From assembly GCA_041690135.1 (NCBI GenBank), contig JAWLHY010000004.1, forward strand, positions 384,001 to 448,000: DNA of 64,000 nucleotides. Direction: 5' to 3'. This document shows, piece after piece, positions 19,113 to 28,397 of the stretch. The translations under genes and the position numbers were made by a program. The number at the start of each line of letters is the position of its first letter. The stretch's first letter is position 1. The notes under the pieces are model-generated. The model ran no database searches. It was given only the letters and a program-made list of their open reading frames with translations, and had not been told where the DNA came from. This stretch comes from Armatimonadota bacterium. GTDB taxonomy: Bacteria; Armatimonadota; SYMT01.

Positions 19113-20537
19113 ATGCGCCCGTCCCCCATCCTGATCTTGAGCCTGCTGCTCCTCTCCTCCGCCGCCATCGGACAGAACCTCAACTCCAATCCCCTGGACC
19201 GCAGCCGCAACCCGGGCATCGCCGACGTGCGAGACTTCGGCGCCGTGGGAGACGGGAAAACGGACGACACTGCTGCCATCCAGCGGGCCGTGAACTCCGG
19301 CCAGGGTCCGGTACGGATCGGCCGGGGCACCTATCGGATCACGCAGACCATCCTGGTGGAGTTGGAGAAGACCGGCTTCACAGCCCTGGAAGGAAATGGC
19401 ATCGGCCAGGTGGTGATGGCCGGCCCCGGCCCCGCCTTCAAGTTTCTCGGCACGCACGTTAAGGGATCCGCCGATCCCGCCAGCTTCCAGCCCAACGTCT
19501 GGCGTAATCAGCGCATGCCCATGGTGGATGGCCTGGAGATCCTGGGGGCGCATGAGCACGCCGACGGGATTCAGGTGGATGGGGCGATGCAGTTCACCGT
19601 GACCCGCAGCCGTTTCAGCGGCCTGCGGCATGGCATCCACCTGGTGAACCGCAACCGGAACATCCTCATCGACGCTTGCCACATCTACCACAACCGCGGC
19701 GTCGGCATCTTCTACGATCAGGTGTCGCTCCACCAGTCCAACATCGTCGGCTCTCATGTCAGCTACTGCGGCGGCGGCGGCATCGTCTTCCGCGGCGGGG
19801 ACGTGCGGAATGTCCACATCGGCACCTGCGACCTGGAGTCCAACCACGACCCGAAGGGACCGCCCACCGCCAACGTGCTGATCGACTGCACCTCGTCCTA
19901 CTCCGGCACCGCCGAGGTCGCCATCACCGGCTGCACCATCCAGCACAACTCGAAGAGCCCGGAATCCGCCAACATCCGCATCCTCGGTCGCGGCCAGGCC
20001 GACCCGGCGGGGACCCGGAACGCTCGCCCCTCGCAGCAGTGGGGCCACGTGACCATCAGCGGCAACGTGCTCTCCGACGTGATGACGAACATCCACCTGC
20101 AGGGCTGCCGCGACGTTGCCGTCACCGGCAACACCTTCTGGATGGGCTTCACCCACAACCTCCTCGTGGAGGACTGCAGCGACGTGGTGGTGAGCGGGAA
20201 CGTGATGGACCGAAACCCGGCCTACGCCCACAGCAGCGCCGAGAAGGCGACCAACGACGTGATCTTCCGGAACTCCCGCGACTGCGTGATCACCGGCAAC
20301 CAGATCAAGGGAGTCCACCACACCCCGGCGGGCTTGCTGCTCGAAAACTGCGACCGCTTCAACGTGACCGGCTGCACCCTGCTGGATAACGACGGCGCAG
20401 GCATCCTCGCGCGCAACCTCACCAACAGCCGCATCTCCGACTGCCTCATCCGCGACGACCGGGAAGGCAAACGGGGAGCGGCTATCCGCCTCGAAGGCGG
20501 AGTGGGTAATCAAGTGATAGATAACCTGGTCCGATGA
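19113..20537 (+). CDS. Secreted right-handed parallel beta-helix protein
   Basis: Signal peptide; VRDFGAVGDGKTDDTAAIQRA; repeated I-T-G-N/C coils. Confidence 0.9.
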   Translation: MRPSPILILSLLLLSSAAIGQNLNSNPLDRSRNPGIADVRDFGAVGDGKTDDTAAIQRAVNSGQGPVRIGRGTYRITQTILVELEKTGFTALEGNGIGQVVMAGPGPAFKFLGTHVKGSADPASFQPNVWRNQRMPMVDGLEILGAHEHADGIQVDGAMQFTVTRSRFSGLRHGIHLVNRNRNILIDACHIYHNRGVGIFYDQVSLHQSNIVGSHVSYCGGGGIVFRGGDVRNVHIGTCDLESNHDPKGPPTANVLIDCTSSYSGTAEVAITGCTIQHNSKSPESANIRILGRGQADPAGTRNARPSQQWGHVTISGNVLSDVMTNIHLQGCRDVAVTGNTFWMGFTHNLLVEDCSDVVVSGNVMDRNPAYAHSSAEKATNDVIFRNSRDCVITGNQIKGVHHTPAGLLLENCDRFNVTGCTLLDNDGAGILARNLTNSRISDCLIRDDREGKRGAAIRLEGGVGNQVIDNLVR

Positions 20538-20681
20538 TATCGTGTCCCCAAACCTTTGGTGGTGTATCGGGTAAGAAACACCCAGATGCACCACCTCGAC
20601 GAAGCAGGCCCGCCGGTAACAGCGTTGCATGCCACCGGTGACCGGCAGATTCTGTCCGTCAACCCTCTGCCAGTGGTACCT

Positions 20682-20829
20682 GTAGGGAACGTCTCGCCGT
20701 AGCGTTCCGCCGGGTTGGGGTGGATCGTGTCCTGCCATCTCGTTGCAGTTCACGTCCCGGCCCCGTCCGTTTTGGCGCAACGGGATCATGCACTCCGACT
20801 GCGGAATGGAGCGGCGTCACATTCCCTAC
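20682..20829. repeat. 148-bp REP doublet (REPIN-like), copy 1
   Basis: gtagggaacgtctcgccgtagcgttccgc ... gcggaatggagcggcgtcacattccctac; second copy at 40438-40585. Confidence 0.85.
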
Positions 20830-20933
20830 CGTGCAGACCCCAATAGCAGGACCTGGGCCAATAAGGCGATCTTCACTCGACGAGCGCCATCCCTCGCCCA
20901 ACTGAAACGCTCATACCTCCGGCCAGCCCCGCC

Positions 20934-21827
20934 TCAGCAGATCTCAAACCCCTCGGCCGTCACCCGCACGGGACGGTCGAGGAGGGGCGGATGGCTGCAC
21001 TCCGGCGAGTGCTCCCCCTGCAGTGCGCGCAGACCCTCCTCCAGCTTCTCCGGCTCTTCCCGGAGGCTGGCGGGAAGGAGCAGGAGCATGTCGCGGTGTG
21101 GAATCAACGCCAGGAGTTCTTCGCCCGGCTGAAGCAGCTCCGGCACCAGCAGCAGGCGCGCGGCGTCGAAGGTATCTCCCGCCTGGGAGGCGGCGCCGCT
21201 TCCTTCTTCCAGGACCCCGGCGACCATCTCCCGGGGCAGACTGCCGCGGAGGTTGTCGAGGGCGGCGAGGTGGAGATCCCGCAGCTCCATGCCCAGGGAG
21301 TCCCGGTCCGCCTCCGTGATCGGACGCCGGCGGAGGGGCAGGTCGAGCACGTAGATGATCGCCAGCCCCAGGTCCGGAAGCTCGTGGTAGGGGAGCGCTT
21401 CTCCCGCGCTCTGCTCGCCCAGGGCCGCGACCGGCACCAGTTGCGGCTTGAGGTACGGTTCGTGCGTCGCCCGGGTCACCGGGTCGGTCGGCGTGGGGGC
21501 AGCGCGGACCAGCATCTCGATCGCGCCGTCGTAAACCTTGGCCCGGTCCGCCGGGTCGCTCCCCATTCCCGGCAGGTGCGCCACGGCGCCGTAGACATCG
21601 GTCATCTCCCAGAGGCGTTCGGTCCCGTCGGGCATTCGGACCACCAGGTTGCCCAGCCGCTCCCCCTCGACCCGGATCTCCGGGTGCTCCCGCTGCAGCC
21701 GCTCCGTCAGTTCCTCCCGGACGAGCCGGCACATCCGGCGGAAACGGGAATAGAACAGCCCGGCCCGCACGGCCACCACGGCCGCCAGCGCAAGGATCGC
21801 CCATCCCCACGACGGTATCCCCAGCAT
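20934..21827 (-). CDS. Membrane-anchored DUF1444-like protein
   Basis: N-terminal TM segment; LAIIYVLDLP...LHLAALDNL...DTFDAARLLL...ALIPHRDML. Confidence 0.75.
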   Translation of the reverse strand: MLGIPSWGWAILALAAVVAVRAGLFYSRFRRMCRLVREELTERLQREHPEIRVEGERLGNLVVRMPDGTERLWEMTDVYGAVAHLPGMGSDPADRAKVYDGAIEMLVRAAPTPTDPVTRATHEPYLKPQLVPVAALGEQSAGEALPYHELPDLGLAIIYVLDLPLRRRPITEADRDSLGMELRDLHLAALDNLRGSLPREMVAGVLEEGSGAASQAGDTFDAARLLLVPELLQPGEELLALIPHRDMLLLLPASLREEPEKLEEGLRALQGEHSPECSHPPLLDRPVRVTAEGFEIC

Positions 21828-21890
21828 GCTTCCGTCCCCCTTTCGCCCCTGGCTAGCCGACGACTTCAGGCGTCAGCATCAGAATGACCT

Positions 21891-22082
21891 TTATACGCCA
21901 TGTTTCGCCTTTAGCTCCGCAAGGACTTCCTCTGCAGGTCGCCCTTCTCCGCGATCTGCCTGTGAGAGCCCTTCACGGATCGCTGCAAGGTCCTCCGCTT
22001 CTCGACCACCTTCCGCTCCCGTCTCCCTCCACATTCTCTCTTCCCCTCTCTGTGCTGCTCTCCATGTCTCCCATACCGGCAA
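21891..22082 (-). CDS. Putative type II antitoxin (ParD-like C-terminus), orphan
   Basis: EDLAAIREGLSQADRGEGRPAEEVLAELKAKHGV; start uncertain. Confidence 0.55.
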   Translation of the reverse strand: MPVWETWRAAQRGEERMWRETGAEGGREAEDLAAIREGLSQADRGEGRPAEEVLAELKAKHGV

Positions 22083-22110
22083 GCTCGTGCCTCTGTGGTG
22101 AATCCGGCGC

Positions 22111-22824
22111 TCACGGGAAATCCGGTACGTTCACCCCCCTGCCGTAGCCGGAGCAAACGTAGTTCCCATTCGCACCCGGTCCCAGGCACGATTCCCAGCC
22201 TCTGCACGCCGGATGCGAACTGCCGCTGCAGCCTTCGGAAAGGCTTACCAGCTTCGCATGTCCGTCAACGAAACCGATCCAGTGGCGGCGCTCGGGGTTG
22301 GGAGGATCGTCGAAGCGGCTTGGGAGTTGGCGGTCGTGGTTGGAGTACGCCTCCAGGATCAGCACCTTCTGCGCCGGGAAACGGACCCGCTCCGGCGACC
22401 GCAGCCACTCCATCCCCGAATAAAAGCTGCGGGGATCCGTCTGCCGCGGCGCCATGGCCTTTTCACTGTGGGTACACCAGGGCAACGACCAATTCTTGTG
22501 GTACGGCTCCAGGGCTGTCAGCCAGCCGCCCTGCCAGGCTTCGGTGTACCCATAGCGCTTCTCTTCTCGCCGCACCGCCCCATCCCGGCAGCCCCCCGAT
22601 CCGTCCGGCTGCGTCGGGTCCAGGCACGTCCGGCCGGACGGCGGATACAGCCGGTCATAGTCCTGGGCATACATCGCCGCGGCGCGAATCATTGGCTGCA
22701 TCTGTTCGCCGCAAGTCCTCCGGAGCGAACACCGCGCCCACACCGGGAACAGGATCGCCGCCAGCACCGCCAGGATGGCAATCACCACCAGCAACTCCGC
22801 CCAAGTAAACGCCCGCCGCCTCAT
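22111..22824 (-). CDS. Prepilin-type / DUF1559-like protein with Cys-rich tail (copy 1)
   Basis: [28 protein letters not shown]...MYAQDYD...FVDGHAK...GCSGSSHPAC...VPDFP. Confidence 0.9.
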   Translation of the reverse strand: MRRRAFTWAELLVVIAILAVLAAILFPVWARCSLRRTCGEQMQPMIRAAAMYAQDYDRLYPPSGRTCLDPTQPDGSGGCRDGAVRREEKRYGYTEAWQGGWLTALEPYHKNWSLPWCTHSEKAMAPRQTDPRSFYSGMEWLRSPERVRFPAQKVLILEAYSNHDRQLPSRFDDPPNPERRHWIGFVDGHAKLVSLSEGCSGSSHPACRGWESCLGPGANGNYVCSGYGRGVNVPDFP

Positions 22825-23200
22825 CACCTTCCCGTCTCCCTCTTGTGGAGCAGCACTAGCGGCTGCGGTGCCCAGGGTGACCAAACCCCTGTTAGCCCCA
22901 TGCGTTGACGTTGCGTTTGCCGTCCGTGAGAGCGTGGACACGAGCGCGGCCCCGTTCCACTCGTGCCGGCTTTGGGCCGAATCCGTAACCAGCGGTGAGT
23001 ACGGTCTTGCACGCGCTCATCGCATTCAAGACGGGGCAATCAGAGCCGATGCCCCTACATTTCGGGTTGCCAGTACGGGTGCCGATGTCTGAGTGGACCC
23101 CCTTGCGTCGCCTCGATCCGTCCTGCGGATTCCCCGATCCCCTGCCATCCCTTCCGTCCCCTTTCCCTTCCGTCCTCTTTTCCTTCCGTCCCCTTTTCCT

Positions 23201-23231
23201 TTCCGCGTCACTCCGCGTGTTCCGCGGGCAA
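23201..23231. repeat. TTCCGCG-based short dispersed repeat
   Basis: ttccgcgtcactccgcgtgttccgcgggcaa; also at about 24078-24108, 25375-25405 and 63126-63156. Confidence 0.8.
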
Positions 23232-23969
23232 TAACTTCCGGTTCGGAAAGTCCGGGACGTTGACCCCGTTGCCATAGCCGGAGCAGACGTAGTTGCCGTT
23301 AGCGCCTTTGCCCAGGCAGCTCTCCCAGCCTTTGCAGGCGGGATGGGAGCTGCCGCTGCAGCCGGTGGAGAGATCGGTCAGCTTCACGTGCCCGTCCACA
23401 TAGGCGATGTAATGCCGGCGCGGCAGGCGGGTCGGCTCGTCGAACCGGAGGCGCGGCTGCTCGAAGTGGTTCGCATAGGCCTCCAGCAGCAGCACCTTCT
23501 GCTTGGGGTAGCGGACCCGGCCGGGGGACTTCAGCCATTCGAAGCCGGCGTAGTAACTCCGCGGGTCGGTGGGGAGCGGGGGCTCCGCGGTGGCGGAAGG
23601 ACACCACAACGCTGCTTCGTCCTTCACATACGGAAGCAGCGCGACCAGCCCGCCTCCCTGCCACGTCTCCGCGTACCCATAACGCCGGACACCGCGCGGC
23701 AGCGCCCCACCCGGGCAACCCTTCGAGCCGTCCGGCCGCGACGGATCGAGACAGACGCGGCCGCGCGGCGGATACTGCTCGTCGTAGTCCATGACATACA
23801 TGGCCGCGGCGGTCGCCAGCATCTTCATGTTCGTGGGACAGCCGAAGGTGCGCTGCACCGGCCCCCGGCGTGTGTGCACCATGGGCCAGAGGATCAGCAG
23901 TAGAGCCGCGACCACCAGCGTTACGACCGTCAACTCCACCAGCGTAAATCCCCGCCGCGCCATGAGCAT
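23208..23969 (-). CDS. Prepilin-type / DUF1559-like protein with Cys-rich tail (copy 2)
   Basis: MARRGFTLVELTVV...MYVMDYDE...YVDGHVK...VPDFP plus an 11-aa extension. Confidence 0.9.
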   Translation of the reverse strand: MLMARRGFTLVELTVVTLVVAALLLILWPMVHTRRGPVQRTFGCPTNMKMLATAAAMYVMDYDEQYPPRGRVCLDPSRPDGSKGCPGGALPRGVRRYGYAETWQGGGLVALLPYVKDEAALWCPSATAEPPLPTDPRSYYAGFEWLKSPGRVRYPKQKVLLLEAYANHFEQPRLRFDEPTRLPRRHYIAYVDGHVKLTDLSTGCSGSSHPACKGWESCLGKGANGNYVCSGYGNGVNVPDFPNRKLLPAEHAE

Positions 23970-24122
23970 TCGCCTCACCTTCCGCCCACCTCTCAATCTC
24001 CCACTGCCGACCCAACCGCACGTTCGCAACCCGCGTTTTCGCGTTCAGCGTCCCTCCATTTTCCGTCTCGTTTTCCTTTCCGCGTCCTTCCGCGTATTCC
24101 GCGGGCAAATCTCTTCCCGGCA

Positions 24123-24842
24123 TCAAGGAAAGTCTGGAACGTTGATCCCTTTTCCAAAGGCAGAGGAGATGTAATGCCCGTTGCCGCCTGGCCCCAGGCT
24201 GCTCTCCCACCCCGCGCAGTCCGGATGCCGACTGCCGCTGCAGCCGGTGGAGAGGTCCGTGGACTTCACGTGCCCATCCACGTAAGCCACATTGACCCGC
24301 CGCCGGGCTCTAGGAAGATCATCAAACCGGCGAGGGCTCTTGCCGTCGTGGTAGGAGTAAGCCTCCATCAGCAGTACCTTTCGATCGGGATAACGGGGCC
24401 GATCCGGAGAATGCAGCCACTCGAAGCCGGCGTAGTAGCTGCGTGGGTCCGTGTAGGCCGCATTCCAGTTCCGCACCTGGGTAGGACACCAGAAGAGCCC
24501 CGGGTTCTTGGTGTAGGGAAACAGCACGCTCAAGCCGCCTCCCTGCCACGTCTCCGCGTAGCCGTACCGCATCCCCTCGCGGGTCAAGGCCCCCGCGGCA
24601 CAACCGGTGGACCCATCCGGCTCGCTCGGATCGTTACACCGCAGCCCCGGCGGCGGGTACTTCCGGTCGTAGTCGGCGGCATACATCTCCGCTGCCACCG
24701 CGAGTTGCTTCATATTTGACTGGCACGCGAACCGCGGCGATTCCCGGGATCTTCAACCCACCGGATAAAGGATTGCCGCGAGCACCGCGATGATGGCCAA
24801 TACCACCAGCAGTTCCAAAAGCGTAAAGCCACGCCAGCGCAC
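24123..24842 (-). pseudogene. Prepilin-type / DUF1559-like protein (copy 3) interrupted by an in-frame TGA
   Basis: GTG at 24842 reads [45 protein letters not shown]; TGA at 24755-24753 is in frame with ORF 24123..24713. Confidence 0.85.
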
Positions 24843-25090
24843 GAGAGTGTCTCCAGGCTCCAATCGCGTTGCCGCCATGCCGAGTGCCGACAACATGTTG
24901 CGGAACCATTGACCCCATTATCCACGCAACGCAGCACCGCGCCCACTTCCCCTTGCCTCCCGTCCACCACCGCCCCTACAGCTTACCCGCCTGCTCCGCG
25001 CTTCCAGCCTCACCACACGCACCCTCTGACCGTCCCTTTGGGCCGTTACACTTTCAGGGCGGTTCAGTGTCCGTCACGGCGCGGTGCTCT

Positions 25091-25173
25091 GCCGCCCTTT
25101 CAGGGCTGATCTGTGCGGGCTTCACGTCCGGGGGTTCGCACCCCCGGCTATTCTCCGTCGCCCCTCCGGGGCT
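25091..25173. repeat. Multi-hairpin REP-like element
   Basis: gccctttcagggc, ccgggggttcgcacccccgg and gcccctccggggc hairpins. Confidence 0.5.
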
Positions 25174-25293
25174 ACCAATCCGACTTCCACCGAAGGCTGA
25201 ACCACCCACCTTCCCCCGCAGCCCCGTCCCTTCCCCTCCGCCCCCTTCCTTTTCCGTGTGCTTTCCATTCGGCCAAGTTCGCGTGCAATCTCT

Positions 25294-25365
25294 CCTCCCC
25301 TTCCTCCCCTTCCTCCCCTTCCTCCCCTTCCTCCCCTTCCTCCCCTTCCTCCCCTTCCTCCCCTT
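25294..25365. repeat. (CCTCCCCTT)x8 perfect tandem repeat
   Basis: Eight 9-mers about 130 bp upstream of the P450 start. Confidence 0.95.
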
Positions 25366-25491
25366 CCTTTCCCTTTCCGCGTCCTTCCGCGTGTTCCGCG
25401 GGCAACACTCCCCTTCGCTCCGTTCCTTCAGCGGGCAAGCTCGCGGGCAATCATCAGCAGGAATTCCGCGCTCCGGCCGGAACACACCCTT

Positions 25492-26964
25492 ATGGCGACT
25501 GATCCCGTGCTTACCGTGCGAAGAGCCCGACCGGCTAACCGCATCGACCTCACCTCACCCGCCTTCAAGCGGGACCCCATCCCGGCCTTCCACCGGCTGC
25601 GCGAGGAGGGCGCCCTCGTGCCATACTCCGTCCCTTTCTTCGGCGCCGTCTGGCTGGTCACCACTTACGCGGGAGCCGTCGAAGTACTCCGCAATTCGCA
25701 GAACTTCGTCCGCGATCCCGCCAATGCCGGGAAGGGCTATCCCCGCTGGCTGCCACCGGGCCTGAAGGTCCTCACCCGGAACATGCTGGGCTACGACGAG
25801 CCCGACCATCGCCGGCTGCGCAGCCTGGTCAACCGCGCCTTCCAGCGGCAGAACCTGGAGGAGTTGCGGGGACGCGTGGAGGCGCAGTGCGACGCTCTCC
25901 TCGCCCCTCTTCCTTCCGGTGAACCCGTCGACCTGGTCGCCCGTTTCGCGCGCCCCTTTCCGCTGGCGGTCATCTGCGAGCTGCTGGGGCTGCCCCCGGA
26001 AGACCGCGAGCGCTTCACCCGCTGGGTCGGTCCGCTCACGCTCTCCGGCTCCACGCTGGGCACCCTCCTCGGCCTGAGCTCAGTTGGCCGCCTCGTCCGG
26101 TACCTGCGCCGCCACATCCAGGAGGTGCGCAAGCGACCGCGGCCCGGACTGATCACGGCGCTCGTCCAGATCGAGGAAGAGGGGGACCGCCTCGACGAGG
26201 AAGAGCTCCTCGCGATGATCTTCCTGCTGCTGGTGGCCGGGCACGAGACCACGGTCCACCTGATCAGCGGCGGTTTGCTGACCCTCCTGGAAGCTCCGGA
26301 GCGGAAAGACCGTCTTCGCGCCGACCCCTCCCTCATTCCGGGCGCGGTGGAGGAGCTGCTCCGGTACGTCTCGCCGGTCCAGACCACCAAGCCGCGTTTC
26401 GTCGCCCGCGACCTGGAGCTGTTGGGGCACCTCCTGCGGCGCGGGGAGATCGTAATGCCGCTCCTCGCCGCCGCGAACTGCGACCCCGACAAGTTTCCGG
26501 ACCCGGAACGGCTCGATTTCACCCGGCACCCCAACCCGCACCTGTCGTTCGGAGCGGGGATCCACTTCTGCCTGGGCGCGCAGTTGGCCCGCATGGAGGC
26601 CGCGGTCGCCTTTACCTGGTTGTTCGACCGCTTCCCCGAGATCCGCCTCGCCGTTCCCGCAAGGGAGGTGCGGTGGACTCCCCGCTTCGGCCTGCGGGGA
26701 GTGCTTTCCCTGCCGGTGATCCTCGGACCGGAGAGGTTACCTGCTTTTTCGGCCAAGCAAGATGTCCCTCCGCCCTGGATCAAGTATCCGGGCAACGAGA
26801 CTTGGTGGGGAGGCTGGCGCCAGGGCACGAGCGAAGCATGGCTGGTGGACGAGTTCCTCCCCTTCTGGCGTGGTCTCAGCCCCGAGGACCGGCAAGAGTA
26901 CCTGACGCGCTGGCCGCCGCCTGACGGGGAATGGCTGGATCAGATGACCAAGGTGTGGGTTTGA
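25492..26964 (+). CDS. Cytochrome P450 with fused C-terminal Trp/Pro-rich domain
   Basis: AGHETT I-helix, EELLR (ExxR), FGAGIHFCLG heme motif; about 70 extra residues after LPVILG. Confidence 0.95.
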   Translation: MATDPVLTVRRARPANRIDLTSPAFKRDPIPAFHRLREEGALVPYSVPFFGAVWLVTTYAGAVEVLRNSQNFVRDPANAGKGYPRWLPPGLKVLTRNMLGYDEPDHRRLRSLVNRAFQRQNLEELRGRVEAQCDALLAPLPSGEPVDLVARFARPFPLAVICELLGLPPEDRERFTRWVGPLTLSGSTLGTLLGLSSVGRLVRYLRRHIQEVRKRPRPGLITALVQIEEEGDRLDEEELLAMIFLLLVAGHETTVHLISGGLLTLLEAPERKDRLRADPSLIPGAVEELLRYVSPVQTTKPRFVARDLELLGHLLRRGEIVMPLLAAANCDPDKFPDPERLDFTRHPNPHLSFGAGIHFCLGAQLARMEAAVAFTWLFDRFPEIRLAVPAREVRWTPRFGLRGVLSLPVILGPERLPAFSAKQDVPPPWIKYPGNETWWGGWRQGTSEAWLVDEFLPFWRGLSPEDRQEYLTRWPPPDGEWLDQMTKVWV

Positions 26965-26995
26965 TAGCTGAATAGACCCTCGCTCCCGCGACCGC

Positions 26996-28243
26996 TCATA
27001 CTTCCAGCGCGATCGGGGTGGACTCTGCGGTAAGCTCCTGCAGCATCGTGCGGATGGTGACTTCCATCTCCCGCGTCACATCCGTCACCACCTGGCGCTT
27101 ATTGCGGCGGTACTCCTCCAGGCGGTGTTCCAGACGGATGGGGGGAGCGATCCGCACGCGGGCCACGCGCGGAACCCGGTGACGGACTTCCCCGCACACT
27201 TCACGTTCCAGGCGGCCCAGTACGTCCAGGAACCGTTCCGCAGTGGCCTGGGCCGCGACGTAATCCCCCGTCACGGCGATGAAGTTCTGCAGCCGCTCCA
27301 GGTCGTGGAACAGGGGCGCGGCGGTCTCCACGCGGCGGCGGTAGAGGCGCTCGTCGTACTCGCTGGGGTCCCCCTCCAGTCCCCCGACCCACCGCTTCAG
27401 GTCGTGGAACAGGCGATGGAGCTGGTCGGCCGGAGGGAGGCCGCGATCGACTTCCGTCCCGATCGCCCGCGCGACGCGATCCACTACCTTCTGCCGCACC
27501 TGGGGTATCCGCTCCGCGAGATCCTCGCCGGGCCTTGGCTTCAGCTCTTCTCGCCGCTCCAGCGAGGTGAGCACCCGGTCGCCGATCCTTCGGAGCCGCT
27601 GATACGAGGTCAACTTGGCGGAGGGCTCCAGGTCAAGCGTCCGCTCGAGGTCGCGGAGGCTGTTCTCGATGGCGAGGCGGGGATGGTCGATGCAGAGATA
27701 CTTCACCGCCACGGGCACAATCGGCATCGCCGGTTCTTTGCCGCCGCGCTCCAGGTCCTCCAGCGCCCAGAAGCCGATCTGGGCCACACCGCTCTGGAAG
27801 GCGAGCAGCGTATCGTTGTGCTCATAGATCTCCCCCTCGGGGAAGATGACGACCTGGCTGTCCTGCTCTGCCAGGAGCTTGCGCGTGTAGCGGAGGGACT
27901 CGCGGTCCGGCACGCCGCGGATCACGGAGTAGGTGCCCAGGTGGTTCATCACCCACCCCCGCGGACCGTCCAGCACTTCCCGCGCCGCCAGGTAGTAGAA
28001 CGGACGGCCCAGCATGCGGGAGAGCCAGAACAGCACGTAGGGATCGTTGCCGGTGGGATGGTTGGGGGAAAGGAGCGCCCGCCGTTCTTTCAACTCCTCC
28101 AGATGGGCAAACTCCGCGGGGTGGACGTGCACCTCGCGGATATTCGCCAGCAATTGCACCAGTGCCGGGAGACCCACGTTGGCGATCTGCATCAGCAGCC
28201 CATTGCGGCGCGGCGGTATGAACATCGGCGTGTACATCGGCAT
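26996..28243 (-). CDS. Lysophospholipid/glycerol acyltransferase (PlsC-like)
   Basis: NHPTGND (HxxxxD), IFPEG and PIVPVA motifs. Confidence 0.9.
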   Translation of the reverse strand: MPMYTPMFIPPRRNGLLMQIANVGLPALVQLLANIREVHVHPAEFAHLEELKERRALLSPNHPTGNDPYVLFWLSRMLGRPFYYLAAREVLDGPRGWVMNHLGTYSVIRGVPDRESLRYTRKLLAEQDSQVVIFPEGEIYEHNDTLLAFQSGVAQIGFWALEDLERGGKEPAMPIVPVAVKYLCIDHPRLAIENSLRDLERTLDLEPSAKLTSYQRLRRIGDRVLTSLERREELKPRPGEDLAERIPQVRQKVVDRVARAIGTEVDRGLPPADQLHRLFHDLKRWVGGLEGDPSEYDERLYRRRVETAAPLFHDLERLQNFIAVTGDYVAAQATAERFLDVLGRLEREVCGEVRHRVPRVARVRIAPPIRLEHRLEEYRRNKRQVVTDVTREMEVTIRTMLQELTAESTPIALEV

Positions 28244-28397
28244 CGCCTCCTGGGGGGAGTTCGGCGGTCGTTCCCCGCCCTTCAAACGCGCCCGCACACT
28301 CGTTCGTTGGACCGGAATCCCTGACCTCCGTCCAACCGCGCGGTCCGATTGGATTGCCGTCACTCTGGGAAAACCGGACGCGAGGAGGGTTAGGATA

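Noticed and set aside
25054-25502. ORFs with (RKG)n, (EEG)n, (LPF)n or (SSP)n repeats
   Set aside because: All are translations of the 9-bp tandem repeat; the P450 start at 25492 is more plausible
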